A DNA stretch of 45,284 nucleotides from Candidatus Nealsonbacteria bacterium (GTDB lineage: Bacteria; Patescibacteriota; Minisyncoccia; Minisyncoccales; PWPS01): the NCBI GenBank assembly GCA_003557065.1, contig PWPS01000001.1:1-45284 (forward strand), given 5' to 3'. This document shows, one piece after another, positions 9,464-18,710 of this stretch. How positions within the stretch are numbered: the stretch's first letter is position 1; every line of letters starts with the position of its first letter. The notes under the pieces are model-generated. The model saw nothing but the letters and a program-made list of their open reading frames with translations, was not told the DNA's origin and searched no databases. The translations under genes and the position numbers were made by a program.

Positions 9464-9467
9464 ATAA

Positions 9468-10265
9468 TTAAGTTCTTTTCAAAAACTTTTTCCTTATTTC
9501 CGAATGCTTTCTTCCTACCGGAATTTTAATATCATCAACTTGATTTACCGGAAGAACTTCCCTTGTGGTTGAAGAAAGGAAGGCTTCATCAACACTTTTA
9601 AGTTCGTCATATAACAATTCTCTCTTCTCTATTCTAAAAGAATTTTCAGTAATTTCCAAGACTCTCTTTCTGGTTTCTCCATGCAAGACATTTTTTTCCG
9701 GGGTTATCAGGCAATCTTTCTTTATCACAAAAAAATTAGCTCTTGTACTTTCAAGAACTTTTCCATTCCAAGTATAAAGAAAGTCAAAAGCTCTTTTCAG
9801 TCTCTTTCTTTCTCGTATAGGGAAAGAGTAGTCCGTAATTTTAATATCGGGAAGAGCTCTTCTGTGCTCCAGACCGACCAGTTTTACTCCTTCCTCGTAA
9901 AGCTCATTTGAGGGAGGCTTCATCTCTCTGTTCAGGATGAAAAAGTTCTCTCCACCACAAGGATTAAATCCATCATCCGTTTCCCCCCCTGTTAAAACAA
10001 GCCGTAGATAAGAGTTCAAGAGACCGTTTGATCTTATCAATTGTAAAACCGCTTTTTCTACCTCGGAAAACTCAAACGGAAAATAAAAATCCATCTTTCT
10101 TGCATCTTCTTTAAGTTTTTCAAAATGACTTTCAAGCAAAAACGGTCTTCCTTCATAAACTCTCACAACTTGAAAAATAGCGCACCCCCTTATCACGGAT
10201 ATATCCGATAGAGCAACTGAAGCATCTTTCTCCTTAATTATCCCTCCATTTAAAAAACAATACAT
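9468..10265 (-). CDS. PLP fold-type IV aminotransferase, probably a D-amino acid transaminase
   Basis: RG.AIF..VR, H..KL, catalytic Lys in PDIKITDY, E.TRANFF, L.G.TR, EAFLSST. Confidence 0.85.
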   Translation of the reverse strand: MYCFLNGGIIKEKDASVALSDISVIRGCAIFQVVRVYEGRPFLLESHFEKLKEDARKMDFYFPFEFSEVEKAVLQLIRSNGLLNSYLRLVLTGGETDDGFNPCGGENFFILNREMKPPSNELYEEGVKLVGLEHRRALPDIKITDYSFPIRERKRLKRAFDFLYTWNGKVLESTRANFFVIKKDCLITPEKNVLHGETRKRVLEITENSFRIEKRELLYDELKSVDEAFLSSTTREVLPVNQVDDIKIPVGRKHSEIRKKFLKRT

Positions 10266-10299
10266 TAAACGATCATATTATCCACCTAAACTTACTGTG

Positions 10300-10386
10300 C
10301 GGAGAGGGAGGGATTCGAACCCTCGGTACCCGTAAGGGCACAACACCTTAGCAGGGTGCCCCGTTCGACCGCTCCGGCACCTCTCC
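10300..10386 (-). tRNA. tRNA-Ser(GCT)
   Basis: GCACC-ctGCTaa-GGTGT, long variable arm, G73. Confidence 0.95.
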
Positions 10387-10477
10387 TTTTGATTGTTTTC
10401 AGTATAACGAAAAAGAAATTATTTTCAACTGGAAAAAATGATATTTTATGGTAAAGTTAGACAACAACCCGACCGAA

Positions 10478-10553
10478 GTCCCCGTAGTTCAATCGGATAG
10501 AACACAAGCTTGCGGAGCTTGCGATAGAGGTTCGAATCCTCTCGGGGACACCA
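10478..10553 (+). tRNA. tRNA-Arg(GCG)
   Basis: GTCCCCG/CGGGGAC acceptor stem, CAAGC-ttGCGga-GCTTG (anticodon 10512-10514), GGAT D-loop, encoded CCA. Confidence 0.95.
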
Positions 10554-10632
10554 ATATAATAAAACTCTGGATAAAAGAAAGATGCTTGCCGAATTATATT
10601 AGAGCACTCACTTTCGTCATATATGCTTACTT

Positions 10633-12720
10633 ATGATGAAGATAAGTAATCCAATCGAAAAAACTTCTGGGATAGGCCCCGTCTACAAGGAGAAATTAAA
10701 AAAAATGGGAATAAGAACCGTCGGTGATCTACTCTTTCATCTTCCGATACGTTATGAAGATTTTTCCACCATCGCCCCCGTTTCAAAACTTTCCGCAAAA
10801 AAAAGACAAACCGTACAGGGGAAAATAAAAGTTATACAGTCGGGAAAAACTCCCAGGAAAAGAGTTCCTTATACCGAAGCAATAGTTGAAGACGCTTCCG
10901 GAGCAGTTAGAGCAATTTGGTTTTATCAACCCTATCTATCAAAAATTCTAAAAAAGGGGGAAGATATTTACCTTTCGGGGAAACCTTCTTACCGGAAAAA
11001 CGGAATTGAATTAATAAATCCTACCTATGAAAAAATAAAAGAAGAAACACTGCACACGGGTGGGTTGGTAGCAATTTATCCCGAAACCGAAGGAATATCT
11101 TCACGGTGGTTAAGAAAAACAATAAAGTCATTAATGGATAAGGTCGAATTACCCGAAGAGACTCTACCAAAAGACGTATTAAAGCAAGCCCAACTAATTC
11201 CTTTAAAAGAAGCTTTGAGGAAAATCCATTTCCCAATAAACTATGATGACGCAAAAGCGGCCAAAGATAGATTTTCTTTTGAAAGAATCTTCTACATCCA
11301 ACTTGCCTCTCTAAAAAAGAAGGCACTTATAAAAAGAGAGGAGGCAACACCCATCGAAATCGACCTCGATTACATTAAGGATTTCGTTAAAAGTCTCCCT
11401 TTCAAGTTAACCGACGCTCAAAAAAAGGCATCTTGGAAGATTCTGAAAGACCTGGAAAAACCCTACCCCATGAATCGCTTACTCGAAGGAGATGTGGGTT
11501 CGGGAAAAACCGTAGTTGCCGTAATTGCAGCTTTGGCAACGGCAAAAAGCAACCATCAAGTGGCAATAATGGCCCCAACGGAAGTTTTGGCGACTCAACA
11601 CTTCAAAAAAATATCGGATCTCCTTAAAGAGTTTCGGCTCAACGTAGGATTTTTAACCGGTAAAAAGGATAAATACAAATCAAAAAAACTAAAGCATGAA
11701 TTCATTGAAATATCACGAAAAAAGCTTCTTGAAAAAGTCGGGGAAGGAGAAATAGATCTCCTAATAGGAACTCACGCCCTGATTCAGGACAAGGTAGTTT
11801 TTGATAATCTGGGATTGGTTATAGTTGATGAGCAACACAGATTCGGAGTAAAACAAAGAGCCAAGCTATGCAAAAAAAAGAAAATCCCTCACCTTCTATC
11901 AATGACAGCTACACCGATTCCAAGGACGTTAGCTTTAACTTTATATGGAGATTTGGATATATCGATAATAAACGAACTTCCTTTGGGGAGAAAAAAGACG
12001 ATTACAAAATTGGTAAGTGAAAGCAATAGGAAGAAGGTTTATTCTTTTATTGAAAAAGAAACAGAAAAAGGAAATCAGGTTTTTTTCATATGTCCCAAAA
12101 TAGAAGATTCGGAAAAAACGTCGCAAGCTTGGGCTAATGTAAAATCGATTGAAGAAGTTGAGAAAAATCTAAGAAAAATCTTTTCCTCTTTGCGGGTGGA
12201 GTCAATTCACGGAAAATTATCATCGACCAAAAAAGCGGAGGTGATGGATCTTTTTAAGAATGGAAAAACCGATATTCTGGTTTCAACCTCCGTTATAGAG
12301 GTCGGTGTCGATATTCCCAATGCTACGGTTATAATTATAGAGGGAGCAGAAATGTTCGGGCTAGCTCAGCTTCACCAATTCAGAGGTAGAGTCGGTAGGA
12401 GTGATAAACAATCCTACTGCTTTCTTTTTTCGGGATCAAAATCAAAGAGGAGTAGAGAGAGACTGCAGGCACTGATCGAATCCGACAACAGTTTCGAGTT
12501 GGCGGAAAGGGATCTTTCCATAAGAGGCCCGGGAGACTTAACCGGGAAAAGGCAATGGGGTGTCGCAGGATTTACGATGGAAGCATTAAAAAATCGTGCA
12601 TTGGTTGAAAGGTCAAAAGAAATAGCGGAGAAATTCTTAAAAAAGGACACCGAGTTGGAAGAGTTCCCGATAATGAAAAAAAAGATAAAAGCGATAGAAA
12701 AAAACTTGCACCTTGAATAA
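10633..12720 (+). CDS. recG: ATP-dependent DNA helicase RecG
   Basis: Wedge/OB N-terminus, MNRLLEGDVGSGKT, DEQHRFGV, MTATPIPRTL, QLHQFRGRVGR, DLSIRGPG. Confidence 0.97.
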   Translation: MMKISNPIEKTSGIGPVYKEKLKKMGIRTVGDLLFHLPIRYEDFSTIAPVSKLSAKKRQTVQGKIKVIQSGKTPRKRVPYTEAIVEDASGAVRAIWFYQPYLSKILKKGEDIYLSGKPSYRKNGIELINPTYEKIKEETLHTGGLVAIYPETEGISSRWLRKTIKSLMDKVELPEETLPKDVLKQAQLIPLKEALRKIHFPINYDDAKAAKDRFSFERIFYIQLASLKKKALIKREEATPIEIDLDYIKDFVKSLPFKLTDAQKKASWKILKDLEKPYPMNRLLEGDVGSGKTVVAVIAALATAKSNHQVAIMAPTEVLATQHFKKISDLLKEFRLNVGFLTGKKDKYKSKKLKHEFIEISRKKLLEKVGEGEIDLLIGTHALIQDKVVFDNLGLVIVDEQHRFGVKQRAKLCKKKKIPHLLSMTATPIPRTLALTLYGDLDISIINELPLGRKKTITKLVSESNRKKVYSFIEKETEKGNQVFFICPKIEDSEKTSQAWANVKSIEEVEKNLRKIFSSLRVESIHGKLSSTKKAEVMDLFKNGKTDILVSTSVIEVGVDIPNATVIIIEGAEMFGLAQLHQFRGRVGRSDKQSYCFLFSGSKSKRSRERLQALIESDNSFELAERDLSIRGPGDLTGKRQWGVAGFTMEALKNRALVERSKEIAEKFLKKDTELEEFPIMKKKIKAIEKNLHLE

Positions 12721-12764
12721 TCAAGAGAAAGGTTCAAATCGCCTTTTTGCTTTTCATGTTAATT

Positions 12765-12797
12765 AAAAAAAATACCTCCTTGTTTTCAGAGGTATTT
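12765..12797. terminator. Hairpin between convergent recG and tRNA-Glu
   Basis: AAATACCTC-N10-GAGGTATTT with a flanking A-run. Confidence 0.6.
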
Positions 12798-12808
12798 ATA
12801 AAATGTAT

Positions 12809-12886
12809 TGGTGACCCCGAGGGGATTTGAACCCCTGTTACCAGGATGAAAACCTGGCGTCCTAGGCCAGACTAGACGACGGGGCC
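12809..12886 (-). tRNA. tRNA-Glu(TTC)
   Basis: CCAGG-ttTTCat-CCTGG, encoded CCA. Confidence 0.95.
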
Positions 12887-12944
12887 TTGAACTTAAAGCT
12901 ATTTTCCTTTGTAGTATAATGAAATATCAAAAAAAATCAACCCT

Positions 12945-14036
12945 ATGAAAATTTTAGCAATTGAAACGTCCTGTGACGATACCTGTATCGCCATCTTGAA
13001 CACCGAAAACAATCAATTTTTATCAGATATATCATCCTCGCAGATAGAAGTTCACAGAAAATGGGGGGGAGTATATCCCACCATAGCGAAACGAGAACAT
13101 CAAAAAGCTTTGGTTCCCGTTTTGAAAAAAGCCCTAATGAAAGCCGGCCTTTTGAGTAGTGGAAATTCTTCCATCAAAATTTCAAAAATATTGGAAAGAG
13201 AGCCCGAACTTGAAAGTCAGTTGAATCGATTTCTGTCAACTTACGGTATTCCCGATATAGATCTTATTGCAGTAACGGTGGGACCGGGCCTGGATCCGTC
13301 GCTTTGGTCGGGAATAAATTTTGCAAAAGCTCTATCCTTGGCTTGGGGCAAAAATATTATTCCCATAAATCATGTTAAAGCTCATTTTTTTGCTCCTTTA
13401 ATCCTTGAAGAGGCACCCTTTCCTGCAATCTCCATTATAGCAAGCGGTGGTCATACCCAATTAATTTTTTCCAAAAATAGGAATGATCACCGAATCATAG
13501 GAGAAACAAGAGATGATGCCGCCGGCGAATGTTTCGACAAGACTGCAAGAATCATGGGGCTTCCCTACCCGGGTGGTCCGGAAATAGCAAAATTGGCAAA
13601 AAAAGAGACATCCAAATCGATTTCTTTACCCAGACCCATGATTAATTCCGGCGATTATGATTTTAGTTTTTCCGGATTGAAAACAGCCGTTTTATACAAA
13701 TGGAACGACGAAAAAGAAAAAGATGATAGTTTCAAGATAGCGATGGCTAAAGAAATTCAGGAAGCCATTGTTGACGTCATTACAACAAAAACATTTCTTG
13801 CAGCAGATTACTTTGAAGCTAAAACCGTAGTTTTGGGAGGTGGAGTATCGGCAAATGCTCTACTGAGGGAAAAATTCAAAGAAAAAGGTAATAATTTTAA
13901 GATAATACTTCCGGATATCGATCTCTCTACGGATAATGCAAAAATGATCGCAATAACAGCTGAATATGAATATAAGAAAAGAGGATCCGTAAGTTGGGAA
14001 AAGTTGAAATCGGAACCCAACCTTAAAATAAGTTAA
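12945..14036 (+). CDS. tsaD: tRNA t6A37 threonylcarbamoyltransferase TsaD
   Basis: LAIETSCDDT, GPGL, H..AH, SGGHT, DDAAGECFDK, FSFSGLKT, GGVSAN, TDNA.MIA. Confidence 0.96.
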   Translation: MKILAIETSCDDTCIAILNTENNQFLSDISSSQIEVHRKWGGVYPTIAKREHQKALVPVLKKALMKAGLLSSGNSSIKISKILEREPELESQLNRFLSTYGIPDIDLIAVTVGPGLDPSLWSGINFAKALSLAWGKNIIPINHVKAHFFAPLILEEAPFPAISIIASGGHTQLIFSKNRNDHRIIGETRDDAAGECFDKTARIMGLPYPGGPEIAKLAKKETSKSISLPRPMINSGDYDFSFSGLKTAVLYKWNDEKEKDDSFKIAMAKEIQEAIVDVITTKTFLAADYFEAKTVVLGGGVSANALLREKFKEKGNNFKIILPDIDLSTDNAKMIAITAEYEYKKRGSVSWEKLKSEPNLKIS

Positions 14037-14083
14037 AAAATTTGCTATAATAAAAGACGTTACAAATCTCAATTAAGCATTTC

Positions 14084-16234
14084 ATGGAAATACCAAAAGC
14101 ATACAAGCCAGACGAAAGAGAAAGCGGAATATATGAAATATGGGAAAAGAGTGGATATTTCGATCCCGAAAAACTACCACCCGGACACAAGGAGCCGTTT
14201 TCCATTCTTATGCCACCCCCCAACGCGAACGATCCTCTGCATATCGGTCACGCCATGTTTATTACGATCCAAGACATCTTAATAAGATACAACAGGATGA
14301 GAGGAAAAAAGACATTATGGCTTCCCGGTGCGGATCACGCGGGATTCGAAACTCAAGTTGTTTTCGAGCGAAAATTAGAGGAAAAAGGAGAGTCCAGATT
14401 AGATATGAAAAGAGACGAATTTTATGACAGAGTTTGGAATTACACACAAGAAAATAGAAAAGTCGTGAAGAGTCAGATAAAGAAACTGGGAGCTTCCTGT
14501 GATTGGAGCAAGGACACTTTCACTCTGGACGATAAGGTAATAAAAACGGCCTACAAGACATTTAAAAAAATGGCCGATGAGGGCTTAATATACAGAGGGA
14601 AAAGATTAATAAATTATTGCACCAATCATCAAACCGCTTTTAGTGATCTGGAAGTTGAATATGTCGAAACTAAAACTCCTTTATATTATATAAAATACGG
14701 ACCCTTCATACTTGCAACAACAAGACCCGAAACCAAGTTCGGTGATACGGCTATCGCGGTACATCCGGAAGATAGACGATATGAAAAATATGTTGGAAAA
14801 GAAATCAAAATAGAAACTCTCTTAGGAGAAAGAATGATAAAAGTAATTGCGGATGAGGCCGTTGACAGAGACTTCGGAACGGGGGCGGTTAAAGTAACAC
14901 CCGCTCACTCCGAGGCCGATTTCGAGATTTGGCAAAGACATAAAGATGAAATGCCCGAACCGATAGAAGCAATCGACAAAGAAGGGAAAATGACTTCGGC
15001 AGCCGGTCCATACGAGGGCATGTCCGCCAAAAAAGCTAGAAATAAAGTAGCTGCGGACATGAAAGAGAAAGGATTATTACAAAGAGTCGATGAAGATTAC
15101 ATACACAACCTATCCGTCTGTTACAAATGTAAAAAAGAGATAGAACCACTCCTAATGGAGCAGTGGTTTATAGATATAAAACCACTAGCTGAGCCGGCCG
15201 CAGACGCTGTTAAAAATGGAGATATAAAGATTATTCCCGATAACTACCGAAAGATCTATCTTCATTGGTTGGATAATATAAAAGACTGGAATATTTCCAG
15301 ACAAAATTGGTGGGGAATTCCCATTCCGGCTTGGAGGTGCGTCGATTGTTCCACTGAAGATAATCCTCATTGGATAATAACCGAAGGAGATGAACCAAAA
15401 AAGTGTGATAATTGCCAATCCGACAATCTAAAAAAGGACACTGATGTTTTCGACACTTGGTTTTCTTCCGGTCAGTGGCCTTTTGCAACTCTTATTTCGG
15501 AAAAAGAACCTGAACTCAAAAAATACTACCCGACATCGGTAATGGAAACGGGGTATGATATCCTTTTCTTTTGGGTTATAAGAATGGTAATGCTGAGTCT
15601 CTATAGGACAAAAGAGATTCCTTTTAAAAACGTTTATCTTCACGGCCTGGTAAGAGATGAGAATAAGGAAAAAATGTCAAAATCGAAAGGAAATGTAATA
15701 AATCCGATTGAGGTATCCGAAGAGTATGGAACAGATGCTTTGAGAATGTCCCTCACGATAGGCAACATGCCCGGAAAGGACGCCGTAATATCGGAAAACG
15801 AAATAAAAGGATACAGAAACTACGTAAATAAAATCTGGAACATGTTTCGCTTTTTGATGATGAGATGTAATGACTATGACCCGGAAAATAATCCTTCTTT
15901 AACCAAAGAAGATGAAAATTTACTTAAAGAATTTACCGAAAAGGCAAAAGAGATAACCGATCATATTGATCGTTTCGAATTTTCTCATGCCGCAGAAACT
16001 CTTTATCACTATAGCTGGCACAGGTTCGCAGACGAAATAATAGAAGAATCAAAAGAAGTCTTGGACGATCAAAACAAAAAGTCCGGCCGCCAAAAAGTTC
16101 TAATTACCATTTTTGCAGGAATACTAAAATTAGCTCACCCCTTCATCCCTTTTATCACCGAGGAAATCTATCAAAAACTTCCTCTAAAAGATAAGAAGGA
16201 AACCATTATGATTGAAGAGTGGCCCATAAATTAA
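14084..16234 (+). CDS. valS: Valyl-tRNA synthetase (short form, no C-terminal coiled-coil arm)
   Basis: PPPNAN..LHIGH, ATTRPET, FGTGAVKVTPAH, DWNISRQ, DTWFSS, KMSKS. Confidence 0.96.
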   Translation: MEIPKAYKPDERESGIYEIWEKSGYFDPEKLPPGHKEPFSILMPPPNANDPLHIGHAMFITIQDILIRYNRMRGKKTLWLPGADHAGFETQVVFERKLEEKGESRLDMKRDEFYDRVWNYTQENRKVVKSQIKKLGASCDWSKDTFTLDDKVIKTAYKTFKKMADEGLIYRGKRLINYCTNHQTAFSDLEVEYVETKTPLYYIKYGPFILATTRPETKFGDTAIAVHPEDRRYEKYVGKEIKIETLLGERMIKVIADEAVDRDFGTGAVKVTPAHSEADFEIWQRHKDEMPEPIEAIDKEGKMTSAAGPYEGMSAKKARNKVAADMKEKGLLQRVDEDYIHNLSVCYKCKKEIEPLLMEQWFIDIKPLAEPAADAVKNGDIKIIPDNYRKIYLHWLDNIKDWNISRQNWWGIPIPAWRCVDCSTEDNPHWIITEGDEPKKCDNCQSDNLKKDTDVFDTWFSSGQWPFATLISEKEPELKKYYPTSVMETGYDILFFWVIRMVMLSLYRTKEIPFKNVYLHGLVRDENKEKMSKSKGNVINPIEVSEEYGTDALRMSLTIGNMPGKDAVISENEIKGYRNYVNKIWNMFRFLMMRCNDYDPENNPSLTKEDENLLKEFTEKAKEITDHIDRFEFSHAAETLYHYSWHRFADEIIEESKEVLDDQNKKSGRQKVLITIFAGILKLAHPFIPFITEEIYQKLPLKDKKETIMIEEWPIN

Positions 16235-16968
16235 TGGACTATATCATATTTATAATATTGGGAATTTTGCCGGCATTGATTTGGCTATTCTATTTCCTGG
16301 AAAAAGATAAAGAGCCTGAGCCCAAATTGATAATTTTTGCAGTCTTTTTGATGGGTATCTTCGGTGCGGCGATAGCGGCAGCGATTCAGGGACCGATTAG
16401 AAGCTTTATTTATTCCATGGACCCGATGATGTTAACCGAAGTTGAGATGATGGTTATCTCATTTATAGATAGCTTTTTTGTGGTCTCTCTTTTAGAGGAA
16501 ACTTTTAAATTTATTCCCCTCTTACCACTTTTTTTGTTCGCTTGTAGAGATCTTGATGAGCCCGTTGACTTTATCATCTATGCAATAACCGCGGGTCTCG
16601 GATTTGCAGCACTCGAAAATTATTTTTACTTCTCGGTCGCTCCCATTGATACAATAGCCGAATTAGTGTTTCTCCGCTTTGCAATAACAACTCTTTTTCA
16701 TGCAATGGCTGCCGGAATAATGGGGTATTTTTTAGCCCTTTCAGTGAGAAAGATGAAAAAAGGATTAATTCCCGTCGGTCTTCTTGTCGTCTCTTTTTTT
16801 CATACCCTTTACAATATTCTCATAGAACTGATGGTTCAATCCCAAAATATGGTGTATCCGGGTGCTCTTCTTTTTTTTCTTTTTGTTTTGACTCTATTAC
16901 TTTTAAAGGGTTTTTCCGAAACTAAAAAGATGAAAAGCATATGTGAAGTCCCTTTCAGTTGCAGGTAA
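16234..16968 (+). CDS. PrsW-family intramembrane metalloprotease
   Basis: D.EPEP, EE..K, GLGFAALEN, H...G, H..YN. ATG at 16234 overlaps the valS stop (TAATG). Confidence 0.9.
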   Translation: MDYIIFIILGILPALIWLFYFLEKDKEPEPKLIIFAVFLMGIFGAAIAAAIQGPIRSFIYSMDPMMLTEVEMMVISFIDSFFVVSLLEETFKFIPLLPLFLFACRDLDEPVDFIIYAITAGLGFAALENYFYFSVAPIDTIAELVFLRFAITTLFHAMAAGIMGYFLALSVRKMKKGLIPVGLLVVSFFHTLYNILIELMVQSQNMVYPGALLFFLFVLTLLLLKGFSETKKMKSICEVPFSCR

Positions 16969-17011
16969 TTCGGCAAAGTGATAAATTTAAAAATGTTAAA
17001 ATAAAAAAAAT

Positions 17012-17419
17012 ATGGAAAATCAGGAAGAAAAAAAAGAGTGGGAAAATCAAAAAATAGAGGAGAAAAGTAAAAAGGGCTGGCTTTCAAAAGAAGGAGAGCT
17101 TGTAGTAGACGTTTATCAAACCGAAGAGAATATCGTAATACAGACGGCAATAGCAGGAATTAAAAAGGATGACTTGGAAATAATAACTGAGAAAGATATG
17201 ATATCAATCAAGGGTGAAAGAGAAAGGAATGAAGAAGAGAAAATAGAAGAGTTTTTTATAGAAGAGTGTTTTTGGGGTCCTTTCTGTAGAGAAATAGTGC
17301 TCCCGGAAGAAACGGATCCTTCCAGAATAAAAGCAACCATGCATCAAGGTATTTTGACCATAAAAGTTCCTCGTATAGAAAGAGAAAAAAGAAGAGAGGT
17401 TGAACTTGAAGAGGAATGA
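17012..17419 (+). CDS. Hsp20/alpha-crystallin small heat-shock protein
   Basis: VDVYQT, IAGI..DDLEI, ECFWG.F.R.I.LP, A....GIL.I..P. Confidence 0.92.
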   Translation: MENQEEKKEWENQKIEEKSKKGWLSKEGELVVDVYQTEENIVIQTAIAGIKKDDLEIITEKDMISIKGERERNEEEKIEEFFIEECFWGPFCREIVLPEETDPSRIKATMHQGILTIKVPRIEREKRREVELEEE

Positions 17420-17949
17420 TTTATCTGCAACTGGCATTGATCTTAGCTTTCTCCTTACTTTTCTTTTTCTTTGCCATAGCTTACGCTCTAATAGGGCTAA
17501 AATCCTTTGTTACCGGGGCTCCCCCGGTTCCATCCCCCAAGAAAGAAATAAAAGCCGCCCTGCGGGCCGTGGGACTGGAAAAAGGTGATTCTTTTTACGA
17601 TCTCGGGTCGGGAACGGGAAGAGTTGTCTTACTTGCTGAAAAGCATGGTGCGAATTCTACGGGAGTTGAGTTCTCGCGCCTGGTGTCCTTTATATCAAAA
17701 ATAAACCTTGGGATAAGGAGATCGAAGTCAAAAATAATAAGGGCTGATTTTTTGAATATGGACTTGAGTGACGCGGATGTTGTCTATATTTACGGATCCA
17801 TCAGATTGATGGAAAGATTGGAAGAGAAGATCAAGAAAGAATCTTTACACTTAAAAGTGGTAAGTTATTGCTTCAGGTTTCCAAATTTAAAGCCGATAAA
17901 GAAAATAAAGACCCCTCTGAAAAAATCGGTTTTCGTTTACAAAATATAA
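17416..17949 (+). CDS. Membrane-anchored class I SAM-dependent methyltransferase
   Basis: N-terminal TM, GAPPVPS, YDLGSGTGR, GVE, ADVVYIY. Confidence 0.85.
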   Translation: MIYLQLALILAFSLLFFFFAIAYALIGLKSFVTGAPPVPSPKKEIKAALRAVGLEKGDSFYDLGSGTGRVVLLAEKHGANSTGVEFSRLVSFISKINLGIRRSKSKIIRADFLNMDLSDADVVYIYGSIRLMERLEEKIKKESLHLKVVSYCFRFPNLKPIKKIKTPLKKSVFVYKI

Positions 17950-17972
17950 AAAATCGGCTATTCGCCGAATTT
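17948..17972. terminator. Probable bidirectional terminator
   Basis: A-run, TCGGC-tattc-GCCGA, T-run, between convergent transcription units. Confidence 0.5.
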
Positions 17973-18005
17973 AAACTGAAACTCCTATTAAATATAGATT
18001 AATTG

Positions 18006-18089
18006 TGCCGAGGGTGGGACTCGAACCCACAAGCCTTTACGGGCAATAGGCCCTAAACCTACCGCGGTTGCCAATTTCGCCACCTCGGC
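18006..18089 (-). tRNA. tRNA-Leu(TAG)
   Basis: GTAGG-ttTAGgg-CCTAT, long variable arm, A73. Confidence 0.95.
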
Positions 18090-18172
18090 CTGCCAGTATT
18101 CTAATCTTCTCTTAAAATAAAATCAACCCTTCCTTAAATATAAAGAAAGGGCTGATATATCTTTTCCAGCTT

Positions 18173-18592
18173 CTATCCTATCACTAAATTGATAATTGCC
18201 GGAACGGCATAAGCGAAAACCGCTACGAGAACACCGGCGATTCCGAAAGTAATATACTTTTTACCTTTATCGACATTGTCGGGGTTTTGTCCTCCCATGA
18301 GGATCATTGCACCTCCGAGAGTAACAAGACCGACTACGATACCCATCATTAAGTAAAAGACAACCTGAGCAGCTCTGTTTACGGTGTTTATCATGCAAAC
18401 TATTGCCCATGCATCTCCATCCGCTGCTGTTACTGTAGTTCCAGCACCTCCTCCAACTCCTTCATATTCAAGCGCCCTTACAAGAGTACATCCTTCCATT
18501 ACTTCTTGAGCTTCAACGTTGTTGGAAGGGAGAGTTACTCAGATACCTGCAAAAGCAACTACCAAAGCTAAAACAATAAGTACTTTTTTCAT
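18173..18592 (-). pseudogene. VirB2/TrbC-like pilin interrupted by an in-frame TGA in its signal peptide
   Basis: From ATG 18592: MKKVLIVLALVVAFAGI*VTLPSNNVEA|QEVMEGC..., TGA at 18541-18539; collinear paralogue of 18711-19139. Confidence 0.8.
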
Positions 18593-18631
18593 TTTTCTGT
18601 TTTAGATTTCATCGACCTTTTCTTGCTTTTT

Positions 18632-18660
18632 ATTCTAGCACTTTTTTTTATTCAGTAAAA
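18632..18660 (-). promoter_or_regulatory. Extended -10 promoter of the interrupted pilin
   Basis: TGc-TAGAAT (-10 at 18637-18632), weak -35. Confidence 0.55.
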
Positions 18661-18662
18661 CC

Positions 18663-18689
18663 AAATCCCTCCCGATAAAGGAGGGATTT
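18663..18689 (-). terminator. Terminator hairpin between the two pilin paralogues
   Basis: 10-bp stem AAATCCCTCC-N7-GGAGGGATTT. Confidence 0.75.
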
Positions 18690-18710
18690 ATGGCTTTATC
18701 TTTAAGAGGT

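Noticed and set aside
9379..10386. Integrated element bounded by duplicated tRNA-Ser att sites
   Set aside because: The two tRNAs are complete, different isoacceptors with different sequences; no integrase is present.
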